Assembly (NCBI GenBank): GCA_001790445.1
Contig: MGCQ01000001.1
Coordinates: 187,157-251,156, forward strand
Direction: 5' to 3'
Origin: Candidatus Saccharibacteria bacterium RIFCSPHIGHO2_12_FULL_41_12
GTDB lineage: Bacteria > Patescibacteriota > Saccharimonadia > Saccharimonadales > 2-12-FULL-41-12
Length of the DNA stretch: 64,000 bases
Position numbers and translations under genes: made by a program. Under the pieces are notes generated by a model that worked only from the letters and a program-made list of their open reading frames with translations, had not been told where the DNA came from and did not search any database. Below, one piece after another: positions 62,125 to 64,000 of this stretch (position 1 is the stretch's first letter; each line of letters opens with the position of its first letter).

Positions 62125-63660
62125 TTATAATTTGACGTAGGGATAGATCTTTTTGGTGACTTCGCTGACTTCACGTCTAAGCTGGGGGAAAGGCACGCCC
62201 TCTCTAGCAGTGACGCCTTCAAGTAGCCAAAATAACCTCTCGCTATGGCCATAACCGCAAGCAGGAGGCATACCGTATTCCAACATTTCAACAAAATCTA
62301 TATCGAGCATCATCGCCTCGCTGTCACCAGCTTCACGCATCTTTTGTTGCTCCACAAACCTATCAAGCTGGACAACTGGATCATTCAACTCAGAATAAGC
62401 CTTGCACACCTCTGTACCGCCGATGATTAGGTTAAACTGCTCACTTAACTGGGGGTTGTCTTTTTGCACCTTTGCCAGAGGCTGCAGATACGTCGGGATA
62501 TCAACTAAAAATATCGGGCCAGAAATTCCCACTCTAAGTTTTTTCCAGAGCTTATCGATGACTCTCGATTTGTTGTCAATTTTCTCAACTTCTCCGCCTA
62601 TTTTCTTGAGTTGCTCCACTGCTTGCTCAAGACTACAGCTCAAAACATCAAGCTTGTAGTTTTTATTCATCAGCTCAACGAAACTCACTCTTTCGAAGTC
62701 CCCACCGTCTTTACCAAGATCTATTTCCTGACCATTGGACAGTTTGAATTTGCGTGTGCCCCATGTTCTATCAGCAATGTTTCTGATCATTGACTGAGTT
62801 AATTTCATGCCATCTTGCCAATTTGTGTATGCCGCGTACCATTCCATTGATACATGCTCTGGCAAATGCTCATCACTATAATTTTCATTTCTAAATCGTG
62901 GACCGATGTCAAAAACCTTTGTGTAACCGCCTGCAAGTAGCCTCTTTAGTGGCAGTTCGTGGCTTATGCGCAAGTAAAAATCTTGGTCAAGTGCGTCCAT
63001 ATTTGTCACAAAAGGAGTAGCATCTGCCCCACCAGTGGTATTTTCTAGCACAGGAATGTTAATTTCTACAAACCCTTCTTTGAGTAGGAAATCTCTAGTT
63101 GCTTGCCAAAATTCGCTTCTTCTAATAAACCTTTGGTAGACATCTTCGTTGATGTTTGTATCGATGTATCTTCGGCGCATGCGTTCTTCTTTATTAGTAA
63201 ATCCGTCATACGATGGCATTGGTCTCAAGGTTTTAGTCAACAATTGTAAACGTTCAACCTCTATTGAGATTTCGTCCGTCTGTGTTTTGATCAACTTGCC
63301 TGTGGCTTTTATAAAATCGCCACTATCAAGTAATCCTAACTCTTTCAGTCCGAGTGTATTGTCTTTGGCACTAAGTTTGCCCATTGCAGGTTCCCTGAGA
63401 AACAACTGTAGTGTGCCTGTCGAATCTTTAACAACCAAAAAAGCAATTTTGCCAAACTTCCTAATATTAAGTATGCGCCCGACGATGCAGAAATTTTTTT
63501 CTTTAAATTTATCGAAATTATTTGTTGCGGCTACACAAGTTATTGTGTCAGCATCAAAAATTTCCGCACTAGAAAATGACGGATACGGGTCAACACCAAG
63601 AGATTTCAACTCTGATAATTTCCTTAGCCGTTCGTCTCTGTACTCTTTTAAACTAGCCAT
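62125..63660 (-). CDS. lysS: Lysine--tRNA ligase (class II)
   Basis: 511 aa with an N-terminal OB anticodon-binding domain and class II motifs (FRNE, GGxGxGxxR-like). Confidence 0.93.
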   Translation of the reverse strand: MASLKEYRDERLRKLSELKSLGVDPYPSFSSAEIFDADTITCVAATNNFDKFKEKNFCIVGRILNIRKFGKIAFLVVKDSTGTLQLFLREPAMGKLSAKDNTLGLKELGLLDSGDFIKATGKLIKTQTDEISIEVERLQLLTKTLRPMPSYDGFTNKEERMRRRYIDTNINEDVYQRFIRRSEFWQATRDFLLKEGFVEINIPVLENTTGGADATPFVTNMDALDQDFYLRISHELPLKRLLAGGYTKVFDIGPRFRNENYSDEHLPEHVSMEWYAAYTNWQDGMKLTQSMIRNIADRTWGTRKFKLSNGQEIDLGKDGGDFERVSFVELMNKNYKLDVLSCSLEQAVEQLKKIGGEVEKIDNKSRVIDKLWKKLRVGISGPIFLVDIPTYLQPLAKVQKDNPQLSEQFNLIIGGTEVCKAYSELNDPVVQLDRFVEQQKMREAGDSEAMMLDIDFVEMLEYGMPPACGYGHSERLFWLLEGVTAREGVPFPQLRREVSEVTKKIYPYVKL

Positions 63661-63667
63661 TACAAAT

Positions 63668-63673
63668 ATTATA
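63668..63673 (-). promoter_or_regulatory. -10 box TATAAT 7 nt upstream of the lysS ATG (leaderless-type)
   Basis: Minus strand reads TGTTATAAT-ATTTGTA-ATG. Confidence 0.4.
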
Positions 63674-63692
63674 ACAGGTTAGTTCAGATCTT

Positions 63693-64000
63693 TTAGGCTA
63701 TTTGTTCAACTACGAATTTGCGTTTTTGATTGGCCAAGTTTATTTCTACTTCATCGCCTACATTTTTGCCAATTAATGCCCTACCAATAGGTGATTCGTC
63801 GGATATCTTGCCTTCAAGCGGATCAGCTTCTATCGTACCTACAACCACAAACTCTGCCAATTTGCCCTCACTTGTTTTAAGTTTGACCGTAGATCCGAGT
63901 GTCACTTTGCCTCTACCGCTACGTTTGGTTATTATCTCTACATTTTGCAAAATATACTCTATTTCTGCAATTCGGCTTTCTGTCTTGCCAGATTCGTCTT
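63693..64000 (-). CDS. greA: Transcription elongation factor GreA, C-terminal part; the gene continues beyond the window end
   Basis: The track ORF 63693-63950 encodes the GreA C-terminal domain (GSTVKLK...ISDESPIGRALIGKNVGDEV). The frame stays open upstream to position 64000 (…DESGKTESRIAEIEYILQNVEII), matching the coiled-coil end. Confidence 0.8.
   Translation of the reverse strand, partial: DESGKTESRIAEIEYILQNVEIITKRSGRGKVTLGSTVKLKTSEGKLAEFVVVGTIEADPLEGKISDESPIGRALIGKNVGDEVEINLANQKRKFVVEQIA

Noticed and set aside
1-64000. Looked for tRNA, rRNA, tmRNA, RNase P and SRP RNA signatures in all intergenic spaces (GGTTCGAATCC-type T-arms, GAGGAAAGTCC, GGAAGGAAGCAGC).
   Set aside because: None were seen by eye. 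The X-module segment GGAGTCCCGC only superficially resembles the RNase P P4 region. A proper tRNAscan/Infernal run is still needed to exclude them.

Overview
This is a 64-kb chromosomal segment from a small-genome, moderately AT-rich bacterium. Gene content and very tight packing suggest a Patescibacteria/CPR, Saccharibacteria-like organism, but that is inference only. I call about 74 protein genes, roughly 88% of them on the minus strand. I recognised no rRNA, tRNA or CRISPR array. Standard code 11 applies: TGA is used as a stop and RF2 is present.

Housekeeping content:
- A reduced dcw cluster: mraZ-rsmH-ftsL-ftsI-mraY-ftsW.
- Pyrimidine genes pyrF, pyrE, pyrB and pyrG.
- dapL-lysA, and chorismate mutase.
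- glyQS, serS and lysS.
- recO, xseAB, rpmA, secA, prfB, hpf and greA.
- An ftsE-ftsX / coiled-coil CHAP hydrolase (PcsB-like) / S41 protease module.
- A split purO-like plus AICARFT-only purH pair.

Accessory content:
- A Doc/AbrB toxin-antitoxin pair.
- A SET-domain protein and several small enzymes.
- An M.HaeIII-like m5C methyltransferase with its restriction endonuclease.
- A disrupted cupin gene beside that R-M system.

The most unusual signals are non-coding:
1. Five copies of a 390-545 bp mosaic, hairpin-rich intergenic element occur in both orientations. Stems carry compensatory substitutions and no ORF is conserved.
2. Two paralogous ~170-nt elements lie immediately upstream of pyrG and of an M16 peptidase. 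They combine covarying inverted repeats with a 54/57-codon ORF that is tightly stop/start-coupled to its neighbours.
3. A two-copy 3'-flank element contains SD-like/anti-SD-like hairpins.
4. A TATAAT box sits 6-10 nt upstream of many start codons, which suggests leaderless mRNAs.

All calls come from reading the sequence and from remembered family motifs. No database search was run.
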